From assembly GCA_045544255.1 (NCBI GenBank), contig JAZPYP010000058.1, positions 23,520 through 87,519 on the forward strand: DNA of 64,000 nucleotides, given 5' to 3'. Shown piece by piece: positions 47,361-56,423 of this stretch. How positions within the stretch are numbered: position 1 is the first letter of the stretch; each line of letters begins with the position of its first letter. Made by a program: the position numbers and the translations under genes. This stretch comes from Eubacteriales bacterium. GTDB lineage: Bacteria > Bacillota > Clostridia > Oscillospirales > QAKW01. The notes below the pieces were generated by a model that made no database searches, was not told the DNA's origin, and saw nothing but the letters and a program-made list of their open reading frames with translations.

Positions 47361-48500
47361 TTGAATTTTCGTAATCTCTGCCCCGATTTTTTGTTTCCGC
47401 ATCTTCAGCGTTTAGCGGCGCTCTCCGATGTGGTGCAATTTTGGTATTATCAAAAAAGAATTAAAGATGATCCTCGGGCAGTGCTGATGATCTGCCCCTC
47501 TCGTAAGGCGCTCTCCGGCAACTGTGCGTTTATTGCAAAGGCGCTGGAAAACAGCGAATTTTCTGTGGATACCCTTTTGGAAGGGGACGGAACTTCCCGC
47601 AAGGAAGCCTTAAAGAAGATGGCTGCATGCCGCAATATCATCGTTGATGATTATACTGCTTTTCTCTATCCGCTGATCTTTCGTAAGGAAGCAAAGGTGA
47701 TTCAGGTCTGGCATTCCACCGGCGCATTTAAGCGCATGGGCTTTGCAAGAATGGGGAAGCGGGGGAGCACTGTGAAGAGCTCTTTAACCCATCGGAATTA
47801 TACCCATGTGATCGTGAGCGCCGAAGGCGTTGCGGAAGATTTTGAATGGGCTTTTGGCCAGCCCAAAGAGCATATTTATCCGCTGGGTGTTCCTCGCACC
47901 GATCTTTTCTTTGATCAGGCGGAAATCGATAAAAGCAGGGCCGATTTCTTTGCGCGCTATCCTTTTATGAAGGATAAAAAGCTCATTTTATTTGCCCCAA
48001 CTTTTCGGGGAGATACCCGCGCAAAGGCCCATTATCCGAAAGAGTTTTTAGATATTGAAAAATTAATGTCTGCTCTTCCGAAGGAATATGTCCTTGGATT
48101 GAAGCTTCATCCTTTTATTACCGAGCGGATGGAGATTCCCGCCCATCTTTCCGATCGGGTGATCGATCTGTCTGAAGAGCGAGAAATTAATCAGTTGCTT
48201 TTTTCTGCAGATTTGCTGATTACCGATTATTCTTCGGTGATCTTCGAATATGCCTTTTTGCAAAAACCGATTATTTTCTATGTGCCCGATCTTGCGGAAT
48301 ATGATCGGGACCGCAGCTTTTTCTATGATTTTGAAACCTATACCTATGGTAATGTGGCAAAAAATCAAGAGGAGCTGATGGCGGCGATCCTGCAGCCTTC
48401 GGTGGATGCCGAAAAGCGGGATGCATTTTTTGATAAGTTTTTAGGAAGCTGCGATGGTCAAAGCACCGCGCGCTTTATAGAAGAGATTTTAAAAGGATGA
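47361..48500 (+). CDS. CDP-glycerol glycerophosphotransferase family protein 2
   Basis: QVWHSTGAFKRMG, FAPTFRG, KLHP and ITDYSSVIFE motifs; TTG start. Confidence 0.87.
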   Translation: MNFRNLCPDFLFPHLQRLAALSDVVQFWYYQKRIKDDPRAVLMICPSRKALSGNCAFIAKALENSEFSVDTLLEGDGTSRKEALKKMAACRNIIVDDYTAFLYPLIFRKEAKVIQVWHSTGAFKRMGFARMGKRGSTVKSSLTHRNYTHVIVSAEGVAEDFEWAFGQPKEHIYPLGVPRTDLFFDQAEIDKSRADFFARYPFMKDKKLILFAPTFRGDTRAKAHYPKEFLDIEKLMSALPKEYVLGLKLHPFITERMEIPAHLSDRVIDLSEEREINQLLFSADLLITDYSSVIFEYAFLQKPIIFYVPDLAEYDRDRSFFYDFETYTYGNVAKNQEELMAAILQPSVDAEKRDAFFDKFLGSCDGQSTARFIEEILKG

Positions 48501-48507
48501 TTTTGTT

Positions 48508-49701
48508 ATGCTGAATGCATTTTTAATGCATTGCTTCTGTATTTTGCTTCGTGGTCTTTATCTGCCTTTTAAACTGTTGCCCACTCGTCATAAGGTGGTG
48601 TTTATCAGTAGGCAGGGGGATCAGCCAAGTCTTGATTTCTTGGCTCTCGCCGAAGAAATGAAGAAGCAGGATAAAACGCTCAAGGTTGTTATTCTTTGCA
48701 AATTTATTAAATCAGGCTTTTGGCCCAAGATCGCCTATGGATTTCATATGCTTTTGCAAATGCTCCATCTGGCAACTGCAAAGGCTTGCGTCTTAGATGG
48801 TTATTGCATTGCGGCCTGTGTATTAAACCATAAGAAAACGCTGAAGATTTATCAGCTTTGGCATGCAGTGGGGCTTTTGAAAAATTTCGGTTATGCCGCC
48901 ACCGGCCTTAAGGAGGGCTCCTCGCCCCGTACTGCAAAAATTATGCGGATGCACCGAGGCTATCATCGGATCCTTTGCTCTTCTAAAGAGCTGATCTCCG
49001 ATATCGCGCGCTGCTATGATGCGCCGGAAGAAAAGTTTATGCCTTTAGGGCTTCCTCGAATTGATTTTCTAACCAATAAGGAGCAGATGCTTGCTGCCCG
49101 CGAGAAGATTTTATCCTATTGCCCCTTGCTTCAGGGGGATAAAAAAATCATTCTTCATGCGCCAACCTTTCGGAAAACTCAAAATGCAGATCTCCGGTCT
49201 TTGGCAGAGAATGTGGATTTCAGCCGCTATCATTTGGTTGAAAAAAGCCATGGCGGCAGAGTGCTTGTTCATACTGCGGAAGGGAAAAAGAGCTTTCCCG
49301 ATCCCTTTTCCGGCGTGGAATGGATCAGTGTTGCAGATTATGTGGTAACCGATTATTCCGCTATTTTATTTGAAGCCCTTGCAGCAGATCGGCCGGTGAT
49401 CCTCTTTTGCTATGATTTGGATAATTATCTGCAGGATCGGGGCTTTTCCATCGATTATTATCAGCTGCCCCTGCCCGTTTGCAAAACCGCAGAGCAAACG
49501 ATAAGCGTGATCGAAGGTGAAAATTTTAATAGAAAGAAAATGAAATCATTTTGCGATCATTATGTGGCCGCGCGCTATTTAAGATCGACTAAAGCAATCA
49601 GTTATATGATTTTGGAAGAGTTGCAGGGCAGAAACGTCTCTTATGAGCAGATCTGCCAAGATAGTCAATTCCAAAAGAAAAAGGAAGTGCATCATGTTTA
49701 A
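48508..49701 (+). CDS. CDP-glycerol glycerophosphotransferase family protein 3 (TagB-like)
   Basis: QLWHAVGLLKNFG, HAPTFR and VTDYSAILFE motifs. Confidence 0.82.
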   Translation: MLNAFLMHCFCILLRGLYLPFKLLPTRHKVVFISRQGDQPSLDFLALAEEMKKQDKTLKVVILCKFIKSGFWPKIAYGFHMLLQMLHLATAKACVLDGYCIAACVLNHKKTLKIYQLWHAVGLLKNFGYAATGLKEGSSPRTAKIMRMHRGYHRILCSSKELISDIARCYDAPEEKFMPLGLPRIDFLTNKEQMLAAREKILSYCPLLQGDKKIILHAPTFRKTQNADLRSLAENVDFSRYHLVEKSHGGRVLVHTAEGKKSFPDPFSGVEWISVADYVVTDYSAILFEALAADRPVILFCYDLDNYLQDRGFSIDYYQLPLPVCKTAEQTISVIEGENFNRKKMKSFCDHYVAARYLRSTKAISYMILEELQGRNVSYEQICQDSQFQKKKEVHHV

Positions 49702-50509
49702 TGTTTTTAAAGAAATCTGGCGCGATCATTTGGGGAATCTTTCTCAAATTTTTAAAATGGCAAAAGCCGATTTGGTTAAAACCTATCGGGGCGCTGCCCT
49801 TGGATGGTCCTGGGCCCTTCTTCGCCCCGCGCTAACTCTTTTTACCTATTGGTTTGCCTTTAATTTCGGGCTTCGTAGCGGCGGAGATGTGAATGGCTAT
49901 CCTTTCTTTCTATGGTTGGCGCTTGGGATCACTCCGTGGTTTTATATGAGCGATATGCTCCATGCCGGCACCGAAAGTATTCGAAAATATAAGTATCTTG
50001 TGAATAAGATGAAGTTCCCCGTTTCGGTGATCCCAACCTTTGTGAGTCTATCCAAGCTGATGGTTAATATGATCCTGATGCTTTTGGTTTTGGTGATCTT
50101 CTGGTGCTCCGGCTATGGGCCGACAATTTATTATATTCAATTGCCCTTCTATCTTCTTTGCTCCTTCCTTTTCTGGACTCTTTGGGCGCAGCTTGCTTCT
50201 CTTCTCGCAGCCGTCAGCAAAGATTTTCTCAATCTTGTTAAATCCTTTGTTACTCCGCTTTTTTGGCTTTCAGGCATTCTTTGGAATTCCGATACTTTGC
50301 TGGCAGATAAGGGCTGGCTTTCTTGGGTGCTGAAATGTAACCCTGTAACCTTTATTATCAGCGGCTTCAGAGATTGCCTTATCTATGGGCGCTGGTTCTT
50401 TGAAGCGCCCGAAAAGGTGCTGATCTTTGCGGCATGGCTATTGGTGCTTTGGATCCTTTCGCTTTGGGCCTATCGCCGGTTGCGCAAAGAAATTCCGGAT
50501 GTATTATAA
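49694..50509 (+). CDS. tagG: Teichoic acid/polysaccharide ABC exporter permease (TagG-like)
   Basis: YRGAALGWSW, YLVNKMKFP, LFWLSGILW and NPVTFII motifs. Confidence 0.8.
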   Translation: MFNVFKEIWRDHLGNLSQIFKMAKADLVKTYRGAALGWSWALLRPALTLFTYWFAFNFGLRSGGDVNGYPFFLWLALGITPWFYMSDMLHAGTESIRKYKYLVNKMKFPVSVIPTFVSLSKLMVNMILMLLVLVIFWCSGYGPTIYYIQLPFYLLCSFLFWTLWAQLASLLAAVSKDFLNLVKSFVTPLFWLSGILWNSDTLLADKGWLSWVLKCNPVTFIISGFRDCLIYGRWFFEAPEKVLIFAAWLLVLWILSLWAYRRLRKEIPDVL

Positions 50510-50521
50510 AAGGAGTTGTAT

Positions 50522-51265
50522 ATGGGTAAGAAAACAGTAATTCGCTTTACTGATGTTTGTAAAGTGTATTATCTCTATAAAAGCAGTAAGCAACGCTTGA
50601 TCGGCGCCCTTTTCAATCATCATAATTGCAAAAAGAAATTGGCAGTAGATCATCTCTCTTTTGAAATTTTGCAAGGGGAGTCGGTGGCCTTTTTTGGGCG
50701 CAACGGTGCCGGAAAATCCACTGTTTTAAAGATGGTAACAGAAGTCGCGTTCCCCACTTCCGGTGAAGTATATGTAGATGGTCGGGTAGGCGCGCTCTTG
50801 GAGCTTTCTGCCGGCTTTGATCCGGAATTTACCGGTCGGGAAAATATTTATCTTAAAGGCCATCTTTTGGGCCTCAAAGACCGCGAGATCGCCAAGCTTG
50901 AGGATTCTATTGTGGAATTTGCGGATCTTGGGGATTATATTGATCAGCCTGTCCGCACCTATTCCAGCGGTATGAAAGCCCGCCTTGGCTTCTCTGTTAA
51001 TGTTAATATTCAGCCGGATATTTTGATTGTAGATGAAGCGTTAAGTGTGGGGGATGATGCTTTTAAGAGAAAGTGTACTTCAAGAATCAATGAATTGCTT
51101 TCCCAAGGGGATATCACCTTGATGTTTGTAACCCATGCGGTGGGTGTGGCAAAAGAATTTTGCAAACGCGGCATTGTGCTCAATAATGGTAAGGCTGTTT
51201 TTGATGGCCCCATTGATGAAGCGGCAGCCTATTATGATAAGATGATCGGAAAGAAGAAAAAATAA
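50522..51265 (+). CDS. tagH: Teichoic acid/polysaccharide ABC exporter ATPase (TagH-like)
   Basis: GRNGAGKST, LTGREN-like FTGRENI, YSSGMKARL, DEALSVGD and VTH motifs. Confidence 0.82.
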   Translation: MGKKTVIRFTDVCKVYYLYKSSKQRLIGALFNHHNCKKKLAVDHLSFEILQGESVAFFGRNGAGKSTVLKMVTEVAFPTSGEVYVDGRVGALLELSAGFDPEFTGRENIYLKGHLLGLKDREIAKLEDSIVEFADLGDYIDQPVRTYSSGMKARLGFSVNVNIQPDILIVDEALSVGDDAFKRKCTSRINELLSQGDITLMFVTHAVGVAKEFCKRGIVLNNGKAVFDGPIDEAAAYYDKMIGKKKK

Positions 51266-51601
51266 ATGAAAGTTGCCGTTATTGGATCTCGGTCGCTTTA
51301 TCTGCAGGATTTATCGAAATATCTGCCCGATGATACCGACGAGATCGTCTCCGGTGGTGCAAGAGGAATCGATTCCTGCGCCGCTCGCTTCGCGAAAGAG
51401 CATGGGTTAAAGCTTCGGGAATTTCTTCCCGATTATGAGCGTTTTGGCCATAAAGCGCCGCTCCTTCGCAATTTGGAAATTATAGAATATGCCGATCTTG
51501 TTCTGGCTTTTTGGGATGGGGAATCCAGAGGGACTCGATTTGTAATTGAAAATTGCAGAAAAACCAATACCCCTATAAGGATTTTTCGAATAAAAAAATG
51601 A
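51266..51601 (+). CDS. SLOG-family protein (YspA/DUF2493-like)
   Basis: VAVIGSR, IVSGGARGID, APLLRN and AFWDGESRGT motifs. Confidence 0.78.
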   Translation: MKVAVIGSRSLYLQDLSKYLPDDTDEIVSGGARGIDSCAARFAKEHGLKLREFLPDYERFGHKAPLLRNLEIIEYADLVLAFWDGESRGTRFVIENCRKTNTPIRIFRIKK

Positions 51602-51626
51602 GTTGGAAAACCAACTCATTTTTTTG

Positions 51627-52271
51627 TTAAATTTCATCAATGATTTTCAGCAATTCCTTTGCATCGGAGATTATATAATCGGCATCCTTGATCTCTTCCT
51701 TTGTTCCGAGCCCCCAATCGCAGGCAACCCCGATTACCCCTGCATTATTGGCCACATGCACATCGAATCGCATATCGCCCATATAGATGCATTCCTGCTC
51801 GGTGCAGTTATTGGCCTCAAGGATCATCTTTAATGCGGTGGGATCCGGCTTCATGGGAATGCCTTCTCTCTGACCGCAAACTTCATCTAAAAGATCGGGA
51901 AGAGTGGAAGCAACAATGGGGCAGGTTTGGCTATGGGGCCGATTGGAGAGCACCACGCGCCGCACTCCGCGTTTTCCTAATTCCAAAAGCATCTCTTCAA
52001 TTCCGGGGTAGGGCACCGCGGAAGGGATCTTATCTGGGGTATAAAAGCTATCATAAACCTTGAACATTTCTTCCGGATCGATTTCTGCTCCCGCTTCGGC
52101 GCTGATTCCTTTTAAGAGATTGATAGCCCCGTGGCCAACATGGATGAGGATTTTTTCAGGGGGCAGGGGCGGAAAGCCATAGTGGGCTAATGTGCGATTA
52201 ACGTTTGTGGTAATAATTCCGGTGGAATCCACTAAAGTTCCGTCCATATCAAAAGCAATCAACTTGATCAT
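51627..52271 (-). CDS. HAD family hydrolase (phosphoglycolate phosphatase-like)
   Basis: FDMDGTLVDS, VLSNR, KPDP and YMGDMRFD motifs. Confidence 0.88.
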   Translation of the reverse strand: MIKLIAFDMDGTLVDSTGIITTNVNRTLAHYGFPPLPPEKILIHVGHGAINLLKGISAEAGAEIDPEEMFKVYDSFYTPDKIPSAVPYPGIEEMLLELGKRGVRRVVLSNRPHSQTCPIVASTLPDLLDEVCGQREGIPMKPDPTALKMILEANNCTEQECIYMGDMRFDVHVANNAGVIGVACDWGLGTKEEIKDADYIISDAKELLKIIDEI

Positions 52272-52377
52272 TTTATTTCACATCCTTTTAAATCTTTCTT
52301 TATTCTATCATATTTTCTTGTGGTAATCAACCGAAAAGTATGGTATAATGATAAAAAAAGAAAGGAGGAGGCTCATT

Positions 52378-54177
52378 TTGCAGTTTTCAGATAAAATTAA
52401 TCAAAAACTCAAGGTTCTTACTGCTCGCCCCGGTGTTTATCTGATGAAAGATAAAGAAGGCAAGATCATCTATGTGGGCAAAGCAAAGAATTTAAAAAAT
52501 CGGGTTTCCTCCTATTTTACCGGCGTTAAGAGCCATACTGCGAAGGTAATGGCTATGGTGCAAAAGGTGGAGGATTTCGATTATATCTGCGTTAATTCAG
52601 AAATGGAAGCGCTGATCCTTGAAAATAATCTTATCAAAGAGCATAGCCCGAAATATAATATTCTGCTGAAGGACGATAAAACCTACCCTTATGTAGGTAT
52701 TCGTTTGAAGGATGATTATCCCGCTTTAAAGGTTCTGCGGCAGGAGCCCAAAGAGGGCTATCGTCTTTTTGGCCCCTATCCGCAAATGGGCGCCGCTTTT
52801 GAAATTGTGCGCACTGCTAATGATCTTTTCGGCCTTGCTACCTGCGGAAAGGTCTTTCCGCAGGATTTCAAAAAAGGGCGGCCCTGCCTTCGCTATCATA
52901 TCGGGAATTGCGCCGGAGTCTGCACAGGGAAGGTTTCTAAAGAAAAATATCGCGAGCGCTTGAATGAAGCCTTTGAATTTTTAAAAGGGGACTATAAAGC
53001 GCTTACCAATGATTTAAAAAAGAAGATGGATGAGGCGGCAGAAAAGCTCGATTTTGAGCGCGCCGCAGCCCTTCGCGATCGGATTCGTAAGCTTGAAAAA
53101 TTGGGGCAAACCCAAATTGTTGATCGGGATGGAGGCGTGGATCGGGATTTCTTCGATGCCGTTTCTTTAGGGGAGCTAACAGCTGTTGGGGTTCTGACAG
53201 TGCGTGGCGGCCGCCTGCTGATGCAGGATACTTTTCTCTTTCGGGAAAGCTTGGAAGAGGATTGGATCTCTCCCTTTATCCGCCAATATTATCAAGAGGC
53301 TGAATCGGTTCCGAAAGAGCTTCTTTTGCCCTCTCTGCCTGCTGATGCATCGCTTTTGGAGGAATATCTTTCCAATCTTCGCGGAAGCAATGTATCGCTT
53401 CGGGTTCCTCAGCGCGGTGATAGCAGCTCCCTTTTGGCCCTTTGCCGAAAAAATGCAGCCGAAAAATTGGCGGAGCGGGAAGCAGGCGGGGATCGCACTC
53501 GAAAAACCGCTCTCCTAATCGGCCAAACCCTTGGCCTTTCCGCGCCTCCTCGGCGGATAGAAATGTATGATATCTCAAATTTCGGCGAAAGCTCGATGGT
53601 TGGCGGCATGATTGTATGGGAAGAGGGGCGCTTTAAAAGAAGCGCCTATCGCAAATTTAAAATCGACCAGCTCGGTCAGGATGATTATGCTGCCACTCGG
53701 CAGATGCTTGACCGCCGCCTATCTCATCTTGGCGATGAAGAATTTGGCGGCAAACCGGATCTTATTTTAATGGATGGCGGGAAAGGGCATATGGAGGCGG
53801 TGCGCGATCTTTGCGGGGATATTCCTCTCTATGGCTTGGTGAAGGATCGGCGGCATCGCACTCGCGGCTTGGTTTCTTTTGAGGGGGAATTGGACCTGCG
53901 CTCTGATCCAACTCTCTATGCTTTTTTTACCACTCTGCAAGATGAAGTGCATCGCTTTGCGATCTCTTTTATGAAGAAAACGCATACCAAGGCCATGACG
54001 CGCTCCCCGTTGTTAGAGATCAAGGGTATGGGAGAGGCAAGGCTTAAAAAGCTGAAGAAGGCATTTCCTAAAAATTTAAAAGCCGCTTCGGTGGAAGAAA
54101 TGCAGAGCAAGGCTTCTCTTCCAAGAGAAGTGGCGGAAGCGGTATATGCTTATTACCATGGGGGTGAGCAATCATGA
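52378..54177 (+). CDS. uvrC: Excinuclease ABC subunit C
   Basis: GIY-YIG PGVYLM..YVGKAKNLKNRVSSYF, FERAAALRD, YDISN, MDGGKG and DEVHRFA motifs; TTG start after AGGAGG. Confidence 0.95.
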   Translation: MQFSDKINQKLKVLTARPGVYLMKDKEGKIIYVGKAKNLKNRVSSYFTGVKSHTAKVMAMVQKVEDFDYICVNSEMEALILENNLIKEHSPKYNILLKDDKTYPYVGIRLKDDYPALKVLRQEPKEGYRLFGPYPQMGAAFEIVRTANDLFGLATCGKVFPQDFKKGRPCLRYHIGNCAGVCTGKVSKEKYRERLNEAFEFLKGDYKALTNDLKKKMDEAAEKLDFERAAALRDRIRKLEKLGQTQIVDRDGGVDRDFFDAVSLGELTAVGVLTVRGGRLLMQDTFLFRESLEEDWISPFIRQYYQEAESVPKELLLPSLPADASLLEEYLSNLRGSNVSLRVPQRGDSSSLLALCRKNAAEKLAEREAGGDRTRKTALLIGQTLGLSAPPRRIEMYDISNFGESSMVGGMIVWEEGRFKRSAYRKFKIDQLGQDDYAATRQMLDRRLSHLGDEEFGGKPDLILMDGGKGHMEAVRDLCGDIPLYGLVKDRRHRTRGLVSFEGELDLRSDPTLYAFFTTLQDEVHRFAISFMKKTHTKAMTRSPLLEIKGMGEARLKKLKKAFPKNLKAASVEEMQSKASLPREVAEAVYAYYHGGEQS

Positions 54178-54719
54178 TGAGAATTGTTGCGGGGAAGGCG
54201 CGCGGGAAAAAATTGCTAACGCTCCCCGGCGAGGATACCCGCCCAACTTTAGAGCGGGTAAAGCAAAGTTTATTTTCTGCTCTGCAATTTGAGTTGGAGG
54301 ATCGAAAGGTATTGGATCTTTTTGCGGGAAGCGGCCAGCTTGGATTGGAAGCGCTATCTCGCGGGGCCTCCTATTGTTGGTTCAATGATCTCAATTCCAA
54401 GGCGGTAGAGGTGGTCAAAAAGAATATTTCTGCCTGCGGATTTGAAAAGAATGCAAAAGTATCTTGCATGGATGGTATCACTTGTGTTAAAATGATAGAA
54501 AGAGCGGGTTTTCGCCCGAATCTTGTCTTTTTAGATCCGCCCTATCGGGGTGAACTATTGCAAAAGGTGCTTCTTCTTCTGCCTTCGCTTTTGGAGGAAG
54601 GGGCTATTGTGGTGGCGGAAACCGATAGCGGGGAGCAATTTTCTTATGAGGGCCTTGCTCTGCGAAAGGAATATCGCTATGGGCCGATTAAGTTAACTGT
54701 TATGGAGAAAAGGGGTTAA
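54174..54719 (+). CDS. rsmD: 16S rRNA (guanine966-N2)-methyltransferase
   Basis: RPTLERVK, LDLFAGSGQLGLEALSRGA and DPPY motifs. Confidence 0.92.
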   Translation: MMRIVAGKARGKKLLTLPGEDTRPTLERVKQSLFSALQFELEDRKVLDLFAGSGQLGLEALSRGASYCWFNDLNSKAVEVVKKNISACGFEKNAKVSCMDGITCVKMIERAGFRPNLVFLDPPYRGELLQKVLLLLPSLLEEGAIVVAETDSGEQFSYEGLALRKEYRYGPIKLTVMEKRG

Positions 54720-54725
54720 TTTAAA

Positions 54726-55220
54726 ATGAGAATTTGTATCTGCCCCGGATCCTTTGATCCGGTTACCCTTGGGCATTTAGATATCATCAAGCGGGCTAGC
54801 CGCCTTTTTGATAAAATTTATGTGGCGGTTTTATCCAATAGCGCCAAAAGCGCTTTGTTTACAGCCGAAGAGCGAAAGGCCCTTTTGGAAAAATGCTTGA
54901 TCGATGTGCCCAATGCCGAGGTGATCTGCTTTAGCGGTCTTTTGGTTGATTGCGTTAGGGAATATAAGGCTAATGCGGTTATTAAGGGCTTGCGCGCTGT
55001 TACTGATTTTGAATATGAATTTCAGATGTCCCTTATTAATAAAAAGCTGAACCCCGATATGGAAACATTATTTATCAATACCAATGCAAAGTATATGTAT
55101 CTCTCTTCAAGTGTGGTGAAAGAAATCGGAAGCCATGGCGGCGATATCTCTGATTTTGTTCATCCTGCTGTTGAGGAAGAGATTCGAAATAGAATTCAAG
55201 AAAAAGGAGCAAAAAAATGA
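54726..55220 (+). CDS. coaD: Pantetheine-phosphate adenylyltransferase
   Basis: PGSFDPVTLGHLDII, KGLRAVTDFEYE and LSSSVVKE motifs. Confidence 0.96.
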   Translation: MRICICPGSFDPVTLGHLDIIKRASRLFDKIYVAVLSNSAKSALFTAEERKALLEKCLIDVPNAEVICFSGLLVDCVREYKANAVIKGLRAVTDFEYEFQMSLINKKLNPDMETLFINTNAKYMYLSSSVVKEIGSHGGDISDFVHPAVEEEIRNRIQEKGAKK

Positions 55221-55672
55221 AAGTAGAAGAAATCTTGGTTGCAATGGAAGATCTTTTGGAGGATGCGTGGAACCTGCCGATGAGCGGCGGAAAGCGTGTT
55301 GTCAGCACCACTGAACTGTTGGAATTGATCACCGACCTGCGCAATGCTCTCCCCGGCGAGATCCGCGAAAGCAACGAAATCATCGCAAAGCGCGATAAAA
55401 TTATTCTTCAGGGCCGCGATGAAGCAGAGCTGACCTTGAAGGCTGCCCGCGCAAAGGCCGATAAGCTTGTTTCTCAAGAGGAAGTTTATCAGCAAGCGCA
55501 GCAAGAGGCGCAAGAGATTATTGCTCAAGCCCAAAAGAGCGCAAAAGAATTGAAGAATGCTACCGTTGAGTATTGCGAGAGCATCCTTTCCCGTACTGCT
55601 GAAAATCTGGCCAAGAGCTCTGCCGCTATCGAGGAGACCCGCAAGAGCGTTCGTAAGCAGAAGAATGACTAA
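55217..55672 (+). CDS. Conserved coiled-coil protein downstream of coaD (often annotated ATPase subunit/DivIVA-like)
   Basis: LEDAWNLPMSGGK, LRNALPGEI, helical heptads; overlaps the coaD stop. Confidence 0.7.
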   Translation: MKVEEILVAMEDLLEDAWNLPMSGGKRVVSTTELLELITDLRNALPGEIRESNEIIAKRDKIILQGRDEAELTLKAARAKADKLVSQEEVYQQAQQEAQEIIAQAQKSAKELKNATVEYCESILSRTAENLAKSSAAIEETRKSVRKQKND

Positions 55673-56393
55673 AGAGCGCGTCTATTTTCTTGATTGGCTT
55701 CGAGGCGCGGCTGTAATAGGTATGATTTTGCATCATAGCCTTTTTGCAGTGGAAATGGTTTCTTATTTCTTTGGCAAGCCTATTGAGTTTGCTATCTTGA
55801 AAACATGGGCCTTTTGGATCCTTCAAGAAATTTTTGTCGGCCTTTTTTTGCTGATCAGCGGAATCTGCACTGCTTTTTCCAAAAGCGTGTTGCGCCGCGG
55901 TGTCATTGTTGCGGGTGCAGCCCTTTTGATCACTCTTGTTACCGGCCTGATTCTTCCGGCCTTTGGTATGAGCGGCCTTGAGATTTGGTTTGGCATTTTG
56001 CATCTATTCGGTGCTTCTATGCTGCTTTATGGCTTGTTTACCTATCGAAAAAAATGGGTTCCGATTGCCACCGCATTGGTGCTGTTTCTCATTTTTTTGA
56101 TAACAGTATCGTTTGTGGAGTTGGATTTTTCCCTATGGGTAAGAGCCATTCTCGGCTTCCCGTTTGAAGGGTTTGCCTCTGCGGATTATTATCCGATCCT
56201 GCCTTATTTCCTTGTTTTCTTGGCAGGCACCTTTCTGGGCCCTCTTGTGCGGGAGCGGCGGCTTCCTTCTTCTCTTTATGGGTTGCGGGTAAAGCCCCTT
56301 GAATGGATTGGCCGTCATTCTCTTTGGATTTATATTGCTCATCAGCCAATTATTTTTGGTGTTGTTGCTCTTATTTATTATATTTCGGCATAA
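55665..56393 (+). CDS. DUF1624/heparan-alpha-glucosaminide N-acetyltransferase-like membrane protein
   Basis: LDWLRGAAVIGMILHH, FGILH, SADYYPILPY and IGRHSLWIY motifs. Confidence 0.8.
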   Translation: MTKERVYFLDWLRGAAVIGMILHHSLFAVEMVSYFFGKPIEFAILKTWAFWILQEIFVGLFLLISGICTAFSKSVLRRGVIVAGAALLITLVTGLILPAFGMSGLEIWFGILHLFGASMLLYGLFTYRKKWVPIATALVLFLIFLITVSFVELDFSLWVRAILGFPFEGFASADYYPILPYFLVFLAGTFLGPLVRERRLPSSLYGLRVKPLEWIGRHSLWIYIAHQPIIFGVVALIYYISA

Positions 56394-56423
56394 AAAATAC
56401 GGACCAAATGGTCCGTATTTTTT
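56392..56423. terminator. Bidirectional terminator
   Basis: AAAAAATACGGACC-AAAT-GGTCCGTATTTTTT. Confidence 0.9.

Noticed and set aside
52272-52377. LexA (CGAAC-N4-GTTCG) box upstream of uvrC
   Set aside because: No convincing match; only an extended -10 (TGGTATAAT) is visible.
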